Of a DNA stretch of 64,000 nt, positions 30,199-42,370 are shown one piece after another. The stretch comes from Lingula anatina (Eukaryota; Animalia; Brachiopoda): the NCBI GenBank assembly GCA_051362555.1, contig CM120649.1, positions 868,001 to 932,000 of the forward strand, read 5' to 3'. The translations under genes were made by a program, and so were the position numbers. The number at the start of each line of letters is the position of its first letter. Position 1 is the stretch's first letter. The notes under the pieces were generated by a model. That model searched no databases. It saw only the letters and a program-made list of their open reading frames with translations, and was not told the origin of the DNA.

Positions 30199-30366
30199 CA
30201 GGGGCGGATTGAGGCCGTCTTCTGGGTCTTCCAGAAGACGGTCAGATTTTCAAGTTTACATTAACAGGTATCTTATTTTTTCTGTCGGAAGACGGTCAGA
30301 AGTGGAGGATGGATCAACAAAGATAATTTGGAAGACTGTCAGAAAATGTCTCTGGATCCACCCCTG
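30199..30366 (-). mobile_element. Non-autonomous DNA transposon family B, inverted copy
   Basis: TIR CAGGGGCGGAT / ATCCACCCCTG with a perfect 5-bp TSD TGATG. A 5-bp TSD with CAG ends is compatible with hAT5-type elements. Confidence 0.8.
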
Positions 30367-30702
30367 TGATGTAACTCCGTATGCATGAGATAGTCCTAAA
30401 CAAAATGAATGGAAATGTATTTACAGATGAATACGTGGTGTGATTACTCACTCAATGTGCCATGATAAATTAGACACGTATTTTTATAATTAGATAAACC
30501 ACCGGTGTGCTAGTAAACTGATTAATCAGATGAAATCCATTGCAGTGGTCTAAAATAAGTTACGTACATATTACAAAGACGTCCTTCAAACTTACATTGT
30601 ACCTTGTATGATAAGGAATAGACAGTTGTGGTGAAGGAATTTATTTGAGAAAATTTGTACACATATCTGAATGCATGTCTGTCGATCCTTTAGTCTTACT
30701 GC

Positions 30703-30756
30703 CTCTCTATCTGTCTATCTGGTTCTCTCTCTCTGACTGTCTGTCCGTCTGTTTGA

Positions 30757-30790
<34 letters not shown>

Positions 30791-30835
30791 ATCTGTCTCA
30801 TTTTCTGTCTGTCCTATTGTCTGTCTGTTTCTCTG
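30703..30835. repeat. Degenerate (TCTG)n tract
   Basis: Seen directly, about 120 bp upstream of the exon 2 acceptor. Confidence 0.85.
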
Positions 30836-30953
30836 ACCACACAAATAACTTATGTAAACTTTTTATAGAACCTTTTTTTGTCAATTAAACTATACAAATA
30901 TGACAAAAAATGACGCAAGTGATATTACAAACAGCATTTCTTTTTTTTTTCAG

Positions 30954-31247
30954 CCAAACTAGACAGTGTAAAAACCTTCATGAGCATCCGAAGGGTCCCT
31001 CTGAAACTCCAGGACAGGGTCATCAAATGGTTTGACTATCTATGGATGTGTAACAAGTCTGCCGACGAGGACAAAACTCTAAGTCTTCTGCCAGACAAAC
31101 TGAAGGCAGAGATAGCCATTCATGTCCATTTGGACACTTTAAAACGGGTGGAAATATTTCAAAACACGGAGGCAGGCTTCCTGTGTGAGTTGGTGCTTCG
31201 GCTGCGTCCTGTGCTGTTCTCTCCTGGGGATTATATATGCAGAAAAG
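30954..31247 (+). CDS. CNG channel coding exon 2 (C-linker, start of CNBD)
   Basis: Acceptor ttttttttttcag|CC. Splicing gives ...[36 protein letters not shown]...[15 protein letters not shown], a typical CNG C-linker. Donor G|GTGGGT at 31247/31248. Confidence 0.95.
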
Positions 31248-31265
31248 GTGGGTCTGAGGAATGGG

Positions 31266-31269
<4 letters not shown>

Positions 31270-31306
<37 letters not shown>

Positions 31307-31407
31307 GAAAATGCAAAAAAAAAGAAATGAAAATGTAACAGAGAGAGAGAGAGAGAAGGAGGAGAGAGAGAGAGGTGAAAATGCGAAGAGAAAGAAATAA
31401 AGATGTA

Positions 31408-31475
<68 letters not shown>

Positions 31476-31585
31476 GAAAATGCTAAAAAAAAGAAATGAA
31501 AATGTAACAGAGAGAGAGAGAGAGAGAAGGAGGAGAGAGAGAGAGGTGAAAATGCGAAGAGAAAGAAATAAAGATGTAACACACA

Positions 31586-31646
<61 letters not shown>

Positions 31647-31678
31647 GAAAATGCGAAGAAAAATAAATGACAATGTAG

Positions 31679-31737
<59 letters not shown>

Positions 31738-31758
31738 AAAATCGAAAAGAGAGAGAGA
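31270..31758. repeat. Higher-order (GA)n/(CA)n minisatellite with GGTGAAAATGC...ATGTAACA spacers
   Basis: Five spacer units alternating between two variants, starting about 22 bp after the exon 2 donor. Confidence 0.92.
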
Positions 31759-32244
31759 TGAAAGAGGACTACATAGTCAGGGGAGCAGAGAAATGATCTG
31801 TGCTTGGTCTCTGGTCCTGTCAAAAATGATGAGTGATATTAAACGATAAGCGCTGTGCAACCTTTTATCTTTGATTTATAATGTTGATTGAAAAAAAAAT
31901 GATACATTGTCATTTTTCAACGGTGGCATATTTATGTTCGATTTTTAAAGAAGGAATTTATGTTTACAACAGTGAAACAAGTCCGATAGAATGATAAGGT
32001 CTACTTCCTTCACAAATTTAGCATTTGGATGTTTATAAGGAACATTTCATAAACCTACAACAACTCGCGAATCAAATGTAATTAGAAATACATAAACCTT
32101 TCAGTTATCAGTTCTTTTCAACCAAAGTTTTATTTCCCTTGCAGTGTATTTTTCAAGAACTATTTCCTGTGATATATTTTATTAATGGTATAATTTAAGA
32201 TGTCCTAAAAGGTCATACATCATGCAAACATCGTTAAGGTTGCA

Positions 32245-32281
32245 CTAAGTTTCTTAAGAACATAACTGTAATCTTGATGTG

Positions 32282-32323
<42 letters not shown>

Positions 32324-32565
32324 TAAAATACCAAGCTTAGGTGAATTAGATGCTATTTTCATTTTATTCTCTTTTATCTTCATATTAGTTATCGGTATAC
32401 CTAATAGCTTTGATTTGCTGTTTATTCTGTTTCTTTGGAACGTAACTGGAATCTTGATATGAGTTTCAGGGAAAGAGAAAGGGGGAGAGAAAGAAATTGA
32501 ATCACCAATCTTAGGGGAATTAGATGCTATTTTCATTTTATTATTTTTTATCTTCATATTGGTAT
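32245..32565. repeat. Diverged two-copy tandem duplication (~180-bp period)
   Basis: GAATTAGATGCTATTTTCATTTTATT and TAACTG(T/G)AATCTTGAT each occur twice. Confidence 0.75.
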
Positions 32566-35500
32566 ATTAATGGCGTTGTTTTACGCGCACCTGAATCTTA
32601 CCACTCGATTTTCTGTCATTTCTCCTTCCATTGCTCGGCATTGTATTCTTATAGAATTAACAAGACCGTGTCAACGGAAGCATGGTGCGCAGATAAAACG
32701 CTTTTGACAAATTGTGTCAATAACATCATAATGGTTAAATATATCAATGACACCAAAATTCAAAAGCCACAATCATTTAATTGTGGTTGTATTGAGAAAA
32801 ATAAACTCTAAATGAAAAAGTATACTGATGAATGAGCTATATGCTGCAAGAGTAGGCTGTTATCAGTTGGTTAGGTCTGGCTCGCGGATTGTCCCCGGTA
32901 GATCTTTCTTTTGTGTTCAAACTATCCGTTTGAATGCTTATTTGAATTTGTCTTTTATCGTTTCCGCACACGCGGAGAGGGAGAGAGATGATTTTACTTT
33001 CATAGATTTTACAATGCAGAGCTGTTGAAGAAAAATGAGTAGATTTTGTAGCTAGAAAAGACCAATTGAATAAACGTCTTGAATTCTACGCTTCTAACAT
33101 TTGAGTCCCTCTCTAAATAGAGACAATAAAGCATTGACATGACGCAAAATTAGAAACTGGAACACCAAAAACGGGTTTTCAGATTTCCATTTTTTTTTTT
33201 TTTTTTTTTTTTTTTACATTTTGGGGACAATTCATACCTTTGTTTTAAAGACAAAATCGTTCAAATTTCCGAAATTGTTATTTGTTGTTATAAAAAGAGA
33301 AAACGGGTATTGTGTGTCCGTAAAAGGTTAATAAATACTCCAGGTTTCCAGGTCTTTGTCCTGAAAACGCATTAAGATTGCCGGCAGGTATAATCACAGA
33401 CAAAATGGTGTTTATTTAAACGCTTTTCGCCTTCCCTGCGTTTCCGTCTGCAATCAGCTATGTCCGGATTAAATAGCAGACGACACTGGGAGAAAATGGA
33501 ATTTGTATGCTTCGAATTACCCATACATTTCCGCTGGCCCCTACGTACTTTACTGGGGGCCCTTCAGACTGAATTATTGAACTGATTCATAAAAGTACTG
33601 TTTTAATAAACTAAGATTATTACTTATCCCATATGGAAGAGCGATGGCATATCTATCAACAACATCGAGAGTGGATTGTCAACTTCTGTACTGCAGAGCT
33701 GCCCCGTATACTATCCATCCAGAGACCACTACAACCTAACACTTCTCTGTATAAGAATATTAAAATAATTTTATTCACATAAGTATTGGTTGGAATTAAA
33801 GAAAATATTTTAACGAATTCTTGTTCGAGGCCCACAGGTTATCCCGTCCAGTTTTGTCACTGGATATTCAAGGTGATTTATCAACTCTATTAGCAATCCA
33901 TGCTGGGGGCCCCTGATGTTTGGCATGATCGTTCCTTGGTCTAAAATTTGCGATATGCAATTGACCGAAACACTGTTTAGTTTTAAACTCCTGTTTTTGC
34001 CCTAGGCTTTGAAGAAATAATTTGGTTTTGATCCAAATTGTTCGATGTTCAATTGACCGACATATCACTCAGCCTTGAAATATAATTCAATTTTTATTCA
34101 AATTCTTCGATATTCATTAACCCACATACACCGTTTGGCATTGAGAATATAGCACATGATTGATCCTTGATTCATCCTGGGCTGTCAGATTGAGTGTCTA
34201 GTTTTGGACATCCAGCTAACATTAAGACGAGTCTAAATTACCGACTTAACCGCACTGATGGTCTTTCGAGGAGAAACGCGAGCATTTCGTAAGACGTGCT
34301 TAAAGTCATTGTTCTTAGATTAACTGATGATCTATGAAGACGACGCTGACGTTGATGGTATCAATCGAGACCCTGGGACATTTACCCAGAAAACAGTTTC
34401 CAATTTCATGTCTGAGTGGATGGTTAACTGGGTTAAACACGAGTTCTCAACTCTCTCTTTTCTTGTTAAATGGGTCTTAAGTACAGACTATTATCAAAGT
34501 ATACAGAAAGGCTATAAATGGATAAAACCTTAGCTGGTTTCATGGTCAGATATATTAATTGATAAGTCAATTTAGTTAAAGTCATTAATAAATTGGACAA
34601 TTAAGGTTCAAGACCAAGGTTAGAAAAAAACTAGAAACAAAACAGCCGAAAGTTGGACATATAACTTTTGCATCAAAATTTCAATCTACTTCTATTTGAA
34701 ATAAACCCATATTTGTTCCTGTTAGTCGCATCGTTTTTGCGAATTTTTATTGGACTGTACTTTATTTGGTTGTTTTTTCATGGTTCAGCATCAAGGTCAA
34801 TTAGACTGCCACTGATACCAAGACACATCTGCCGTTTGCGAATTTTTTACAATAGCTTGCAAAAAGCACTTTACTCGGCTGTCTTTGTTTTAGTAGACTA
34901 AGGTTTTATCCACAGACTGTCTTTTAGACTTTTTGCGATAAAACAGTTTCTTTGCAAGCAAACCCAGGGCTGTAGTTCTATATACAGCTCTAATGCAGTA
35001 CCATTTTGTCACCCGTGACATAGAAATCCTGGGATTATTTTCACCTAACAAAAATATCCATATAACGTGAAAAGGTGTATGTAACCATAAAGACATAGCG
35101 TCAGAAACAAGTGACTTAGAATTAAGATAATTCCTTCTTCATAGCCACATTTTAAGTAGACAATTTTTCAGCAGAAAAAATGTTTGTTCTCATGTCATTT
35201 GCGTTTGAGTGATAGCTCTGGGCTTCCAATTGGCTTTTCTATAATGGAGTTCTGTTTAAGTGTATTCTTACTGCATGTCGTCATTCAAGAGCGGAGTAAT
35301 AAAAGCCGACAACGGAAGATAAATGTAGCATGGCGGATGTGCCATTTAGCAAGTAAATCCAGACAAAGTGTATGTGATTTGCATGTCATTAATCCAATCG
35401 CGCATTTGCTTAACGAGCCTTGAAAATTCGCAAATTAGATGAATAGTAACGTTCACAATGTAGTTTATTTTTTCCAACCGCTATGTAATGTTAGGGGACT

Positions 35501-35878
35501 AGTTGTTCGTGTGTTTATACCTTTTCATGCATGCACATATAAAGGAAAGGAACCACTTGTCTGTTACAATGTAGAATCGAGTGTTCGGATAAATGGAAAG
35601 GGTATTACGTCTTTGGGAAAATTATGGTAAACTCCTTCAGGAAATTTTCCACGCGGTCCCATTAGAAATTGACCCAAAATCCTGCAGGGTCCAGTAAGAT
35701 ATATATTCTAGAATTCTAGATAGGTCCTATAGGACGTCCGGTAGAAATCCTTTCGTGTCCCAGAGAGTCATTTAGGATTAATATTAAGTCCCTAGTGTCC
35801 TTAATATAGTCCTTAAAATATTTTCATAAGGGGTACTCACACAAATGATCAATATGTGTATTTATTTCTTTATTTTAG

Positions 35879-36184
35879 GCGAGGTGGGCAAAGAAATGTA
35901 CATAGTGAACCGCGGAAAGCTCCAGGTGGTTGCCGACAACGGAAAAACCGTCCTGGCCACTCTGAAACCAGGCAGCTACTTTGGGGAAATCAGCATCCTT
36001 AACATGGGCACTGCCGGAAACAGACGAACAGCTTCGGTAAGGTCCGTCGGCTACTCGGACCTGTTTTGCCTTTCCAAGACGGACCTCTGGGATGTCCTTC
36101 GAGATTACCCCGCCGCCAGGGTGCGCCTTGAAGCCATTGCCGTAAAGCGGTTAGAAAAATACAAGAAGGCTCCTATTGAACAAG
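35879..36184 (+). CDS. CNG channel coding exon 3 (cyclic-nucleotide-binding domain)
   Basis: Acceptor tattttag|GC. Translation [67 protein letters not shown] contains the FGE...RRTA phosphate-binding cassette. Donor G|GTAATG at 36184/36185. From memory it resembles the invertebrate CG42260-like CNG clade. Confidence 0.95.
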
Positions 36185-36799
36185 GTAATGGGTTCTCCGG
36201 CTGACTTTGGGCACCAGTGAGGGGGGGCAGGGCAAATATTTAGGTTATATGCCATGCAAAATGAAAAGTTATCATGCTTATTGCTCTGGCGCAATACATA
36301 CACGCAAAGGAAAATCTATAGCGAATGGTGTAAAAACTATTTAAAGAAGTACGGGCCAACGACAATGCCTTTAACGTCCACAATACTTTACTCATATGTA
36401 GAAGTTTCTATGCAAAGGAATTTCTTTCTCTAGCTGGATAAGGATGCATGTGTCGTTGTATCTGAGGGGTGCTGCCAAGAAATAAGTGAATTAAACGTTA
36501 ATATGGTGAAAACACCGCTGCATTCTGTTGTTTCAACAATTCAAAATAGAATGATGTCGTGCCGTTATATACATTTAAAGAATTATAATTTTCAATTTGA
36601 CAACTCTTTCGTACTATTACGATGTTTGTCTTAGTTTGGAAACACAGAATGATGAAGTATATTGTTCCAAAGAGATACCGTCATGTTTTGGTTTTGTCTT
36701 TCAAAATAGTATTTCCGCTGTTCGATTACGGTCTACATTCCACGTTTGTTATAATCCTATATTGTGCGTCTTAACTTAAAAATACGTTTCATTTTACAG

Positions 36800-37707
36800 C
36801 TTCAATGAGCCGAAGTCGTAGCACTCCCGGTCTAGTCGAGTCTTCGGGAAAAATTCCCCTGGAAGCCATGATGATTCAGCGTCATTATACACTTCCGGTT
36901 GGCCTCATTTCTCATTCTCCTTCCTGTGGTGCTGCCCATGCGCATAGTATGCAATCCTTACACAGTGACAGTGATAACAATGCAAACCACGGAGATGCTC
37001 AAAGCTGTCGGGCCGCGTCACAACAAGAGGGGCTTCTGCAGTTGAGGTCATTATCAAGGTCGCCCATACCGCCGCCTCTGCAGCATATTAATAACTCACA
37101 CTCTTGCCCGCCTTCTCGTAGCGGTTCCCCCTCCAACATTCGTGTATCTCCTTCCATGACTCCGATTTCCCCGAGGAGCGTTCAAAGTGCGATCCAGCCA
37201 TCGGATTTAGCGGGGCGCCTGCTGGAGCCAAACAAACAAAAACATTTCTCATCCACGGCGCCACCGTCGCCGAATTATCTGAATACATCGTCGTTCCAGC
37301 TGCCTGCCTCGACTTCGATGAACTTTTTTGCCAATGCGTCGTCGCCATTTACGTTACAACCGCCTAATTTCCTACACCCCACAACTGCGAATTTCCCTAC
37401 AATGGCCCCCAGTCCGACATTGACAGTACCCATGAACAGTTTGGCAGGTAGCAGCACAGGATCTGTCGGTGCCAGAAATCAGCTTCCAGCCCCTGACGCC
37501 CTTTTGGCGGAACTGACGCGGCTGCGGGAAAGGGTGGCGGCACTGGAGTCAGAAAACGCGTCGTTGAATGTCAAGGTCAATCAGCAGCAATGGGAAGTGG
37601 AGTCACGCCTGACGGAAATAGAGTTGCAAATTCAGGCAGGAAGTGACGAAGAAAGTGATACCTGTCCCGCAGAAATTGAAGACAGGAATAAAGAGTCCGT
37701 GATATGA
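36800..37707 (+). CDS. CNG channel terminal coding exon 4 (Ser/Pro-rich region, coiled coil, C-terminal ESVI)
   Basis: Acceptor attttacag|CT keeps phase 1 and joins the 300-aa ORF 36805-37707 in frame. The four exons sum to 2856 nt = 952 codons. Confidence 0.85.
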
Positions 37708-38339
37708 CATAGGGGTTAGAAGTGCGTGAAGCAGAGTTAAGAGGGAAAATATGTCTTTCTCTCTACTAGTACGGTTTTTAGGGCTGAGCTCGATCAGTTT
37801 TAACGAAACAGAAAGACGAATCATGACGTTTTCTAAGACATGCAGTGAGGATCGTCGTCGAGTCAGATCCAACTATGCACAAGAAACAAGTGAAGTGGAA
37901 TTATGGGTAAAATGGTGGTCAAGCTATCTGGAAACCATATAGCTGCCTAACATGCGATCTTCATAGCTATATTGCTGTTCAATTACTCATTAGACAGTGG
38001 AAGTATTGATACAAACAATGCTTTTTTGCTGCTGAAAAGACACAGTACAGGGAAACGTGTTTCTTTGTAGTTATGGCCGGCAGAAAAAACAGCTGTAAGC
38101 CAAACAAATCTACGTTGTAAATAGTTTCTCTTTTATTGAGGGAAATACTTTCATTTTTTAAATAGAAATCATTGCTTCCTCTACTGAGATGAAAGCGTTG
38201 GTGACTTTATACATTCCGCAGATCGGTTGTGAACCTCTAGAAAATGAAAACTGAAACCAACCGCGGGGAATGGCACACGTGCAGCCACTGCTTTGATTAC
38301 TACATCTGATAGAGACACTCACGTCGTCGGTATACCTAA

Positions 38340-38568
38340 AACCCCCTTTACACTGGACGGCGTCCTTTCTGCGTCCTTTATGCGACCATGGAACTGGCAT
38401 CGCTGTGGTCGTAAAAAGGAGGCACAAGCATCGCTTTGGTTGCAGAAAGAATGCTTAATGATCGGCCAGTTGTCGGCACGTAAAGTATTATTGTTTTTTT
38501 TTTTTTTATTCTCAAACAGAGCCGTACAACAGGACGCAGACAGGACGCCGTCCAGTGTAAAGGGGGCT
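38340..38568. mobile_element. PIF/Harbinger MITE in the probable CNG 3' UTR
   Basis: About 38-bp near-perfect TIR AACCCCCTTTACACTGGACGGCGTCCTTTCTGCGTCCT / AGGACGCAGACAGGACGCCGTCCAGTGTAAAGGGGGCT with TAA TSD (38337-39, 38569-71). Confidence 0.88.
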
Positions 38569-40590
38569 TAAGGTATGTGTTAAAACACTGGGAGGTCATT
38601 CTTAAAGAGTCAAAACACCAAGTATTTTAAAATTAAAACAATGTTTAGTCTTAAGTACTGCATGAGTCAAGAAAAGATTCACATTGTTTCACAGCAGTAC
38701 ATAATGTACAGGCAGTTCCAATCACGTGACCTGCGTGCGTGTTGCTTTAGGTCCATGTGGATGAAGATTTTATGCCCTTAAAATGAAGCTCAATTTAAAG
38801 CAGCCCAGGTTTAAGATATTTCAGAGCACGAATCTACTTTAAAACATTCCAGCTAAATAAAAATCAGCAGCTCACCAACTGAATCTCCTTAACTCATACC
38901 ATGTAACGTTGGAAACGTCACTAAAACTGCCGCTTTAATACAAATTGAAAAATCGTTGTTTTGAGACGGTGGGGCACATATTTGGTGCTGCGACCACATA
39001 TAGAGGTTTACGACATGTGCATTTTCAATTATTATATGATATTTATTATGTTTTTTGTTTTCTTTGCCATTTTTGGTGTTTTTGCCTGTCAAATGGTGGC
39101 GGCAAATTTAAAGTTTTAATAAAATGAAAATATAACAAGTGTCTTCCGTTTTTGTTTTCAACAGCTTTATTATTAATCATCCCGAAATTTTAAATTTGTT
39201 ATCTTGATAACAATATCCGTTGTGATCCAATTATATTTTAAGCCCTGCTTCGTACTGTTGCCTCTATATACATGTAGGTTTTGCATAAGTAGCTGTTATA
39301 TTAAAACCGAGGCACTTTGAATGTTGTTTTAAACTCAATGTCTTGATTTTAAAAGAATTTTGGACAATGGCCCGCATTAATTTTTACCATCATAAGTCAA
39401 ATGCAACAGCCTTTTTTAACCATAACGAGAGCTACTCTCCATCTTGAAGTTATAACTCAAATAAAAAGCCATCTTTTTTTCATCGCATCTAACACAATCG
39501 GTGTGGATTAAAAACGCAATCGTCTACTGCCTCCCCCCCCCCCCCCCCCCCTCCAACCACTGACCAACAGTTCTACCGCACTGCTAGTGCATACTGGAGA
39601 CGTGAATTACAGCATCACAATTGCCTTGTGCAAACGGAAAAGGTAAGCAACACATTCATCAATCTCTCCTAACACAATCGTTGGAGCACCATTCGAAAAC
39701 GTCTTAGCTACGAAAATTTGACTTGGAAATCATTTTATGTTGGTAGACTCATGACGTTTCTTATAGATTTTAAACAAATAAAAAATGATGTTACTTTTTA
39801 CTATATAATTTGTTTTTATTATCAACCAGGCCAATGATTGTTATATATAATCAAATAAAGAAAAATGAATATTACACTGTGCATTTACATTAAAATCCCA
39901 TTGCGGTCATGCTATTCAAAACATAAACACAAAAAATAAGAAATTAATTCAAATTCTCAAAGCTAGTATAATCTAGGTGAAGGAAAGTAAAATAACGGTT
40001 AAGATTGACAATTTCGTAGCCACTTATAGGCTCTATTATATCACTGATATATTCTACATAGACTGACAAATGTAGTTATTTATCTATTTGTTCCTAAACC
40101 AAATAGGATTTGTTTATCATGCTGTGATAGATTTTCAATAATGGATCCCACACCAAAATATAGGGATTTCTTTTTCAAAAAAATACTAATGCAAAGTATA
40201 CATAACCCCATCTGCATCAATCTGCTTTCTCTTGTTATCTCAACTATAGCAAAGTTTGTCGTAAAAGCCAGTTTCAGGATAGATACATACGGTTACAATC
40301 CTTTCTCCAAACACCCGTTCCGATAATTAATAATAAACATTGAGCATATTCCTAAGTTACTAACTTGAACGATAGGAAATGAAATTTAATGAAATTAGAC
40401 GAACTTCACTGTAAAGATGACGTTAGTTATTTCCTTGATTATTCAGGTCTGCCTTCTTTATTCCACTGTATATAACCTCGTGATATGATAAAAATCACAA
40501 AGAACGTATTCGCTCAAATTACACTGTCATTACGTGGTACATTTAGTTCTAGCCTAAGGGGAAACAGTCATGTTGTAGTTTAAATAGCCC

Positions 40591-41151
40591 TCACGCCGTG
40601 AAAGGGCCCCAAAATAATTTGGCAGAAGTGTCCACCATGACGCTGAAGAATTTGGTCCCAGTTTCAATGAATTCATCCCTGGTGATCAGTCCACTACCAT
40701 CAATATCAATGGCCTGAAACGACGGAGTCACGGAAAAAGGATGAACGCCAAAACTGCCTAAAAAATGGGTATACTCTTTCAGGGTGACATGTCCGTCTCC
40801 ATTTGCGTCTGCAACGCCATCAAAATATGTCCCAAGCCAATCGCGGGCGTTTTTCTCCATGTTGGCGTCAAAATCCATGAAATAACGCGCATGCGCATGT
40901 AGCATATCCTCGAATGTCCGAGTGTCCTTCGGTGTTTCGGTTTTCATGAAGGTTTCCCACCCTCCATCCAGGAGTTCATAGAAGACCTTAATCTGCTGTT
41001 CGTTCATCCATTTTTTGGCCCTGTTTAAAACGGTGTCCACGTAGTCAGATTTGTGGATGATACCGTCACCATCGCGGTCGAAGAGGATAAAAAATGAACG
41101 CATCTTACGTACCCAGAACTCGGGATAAGGGGGTAGAGCTTGGTCGGCCAT
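40591..41151 (-). CDS. Sarcoplasmic calcium-binding protein (SCP)-type EF-hand protein, copy 1 (186 aa)
   Basis: FWVRKMRSFF-FDRDGDGIIHKSD (EF1), degenerate EF2, DANGDGHVTLKE (EF3), DIDGSGLITRDE (EF4), C-terminal KLFWGP as in annelid SCP. Acceptor attgcag|GA lies 2 nt before the ATG. Confidence 0.92.
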   Translation of the reverse strand: MADQALPPYPEFWVRKMRSFFILFDRDGDGIIHKSDYVDTVLNRAKKWMNEQQIKVFYELLDGGWETFMKTETPKDTRTFEDMLHAHARYFMDFDANMEKNARDWLGTYFDGVADANGDGHVTLKEYTHFLGSFGVHPFSVTPSFQAIDIDGSGLITRDEFIETGTKFFSVMVDTSAKLFWGPFTA

Positions 41152-42199
41152 TCCTGCAATCTAAACAATATCAGACTATATCAAACTCATGTTTCGCCCT
41201 ACTTCGTACTATTTTCTGGTACTCTTATCGGTAACAAGATAAGATAAGATAATAATGACATAATTATATTTAAACCAATAAAATACAAATGTATAAAATC
41301 GGGAATATTTTGCCCTGTAATAGCACAATTATACTAAAATGAAATTACGTAAAACGTAATCTAAATGTTTAAAATTTAATTTTAATGTTAAAAAGAGTTA
41401 CTGCTGAGGGATAAAAGCTAGATCAAAATCGTTAAGTTATTCATCGTAACACTGTGCAAATTCGATGTTCGTTAGGTCACATGTATTTTTTAATCATCTT
41501 CAAATACATATCCTTCAATCAAACAGTGCTACCGTCAAATGCTCAGCCGCATTCAAGAGTAAAGCCTCATTCCCATGAACACCATCGGTCTACGTGTATC
41601 GACCCAACTTTGGTGGGACATTCGCTGACAGCAATCAGCTTAACTCAATGACACGCCTCATCCTGGTGTTCAGTAAAATACAGAAAAGCTAGTCATTATA
41701 CGAGTATGTTGGAAACAAATGGAGTACAGTCATTTGCACCTTCTGTGTAAGGAGAGTCCTGGCAGCGTTGAATCGATCCACGTAAAACAATGGGAAAGAG
41801 GTCTAGAGACCCCTGTGTGTTATATAAGTAGAGTGATTTATACCCATAAATATGTAACACTCGATCATGAAATCATAAGTCATTTTAACTCTCTGTTTTT
41901 ATTTTGTAAGTGTGAAAACGAATCTGTATTTTAATCTACAGTTGGTGGAAAATGTCACGTATTTCATTTTAGTTAGCAAATTTAGTAGTACGTCTTCATC
42001 GGTCACGTTAAAATTAGTAATATGGCAGAAGACAGTCCAATTTTCGAAATCATGCAGACATTTTAAAACGCAATGCACCCAGAAGGTGCGGCTCTCCTCG
42101 TGCATCAGCAGAAACTAAAACTGTTAACTTATGAAAACATAAACGCATATATATATTTCAAAATAAAGCATGCAGCTACAAGAATATAGTACTAAATCT

Positions 42200-42370
42200 A
42201 CTTACTTATAATATACAAATGCTGGCGGTTCGTGTTGCTTCTACTGTAAGCTGCTGGCTTCAAGTGTGCGATTTAGGAAAACCGCACCCCCTTTAAAACA
42301 CGGCTGTTGTACCCTAGTCCCATGATATTGGTTAAAAACTCGGAGTGGGCGGAGATTTTTGACGCCGGAC
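42200..42370 (-). promoter_or_regulatory. Putative SCP1 non-coding first exon and promoter
   Basis: Minus-strand donor GTAAGT (ACTTAC 42200-42205). AGGAAAACCGCA (42275) and GC-box AGTGGGCGGAG (42344) are conserved in the same order upstream of SCP2 (54282, 54388, 54462). Confidence 0.55.

Noticed and set aside
31270-31758. CRISPR-like repeat/spacer look of the GGTGAAAATGC array (also 27150-27445)
   Set aside because: The spacers are microsatellite runs rather than unique sequences, the context is eukaryotic and there are no cas genes.
35634-35833. Possible MITE just upstream of the exon 3 acceptor
   Set aside because: Only a weak inverted match (CCTTCAGGAAATTTT / AAAATATTTTCATAAGG) and no clear TSD.
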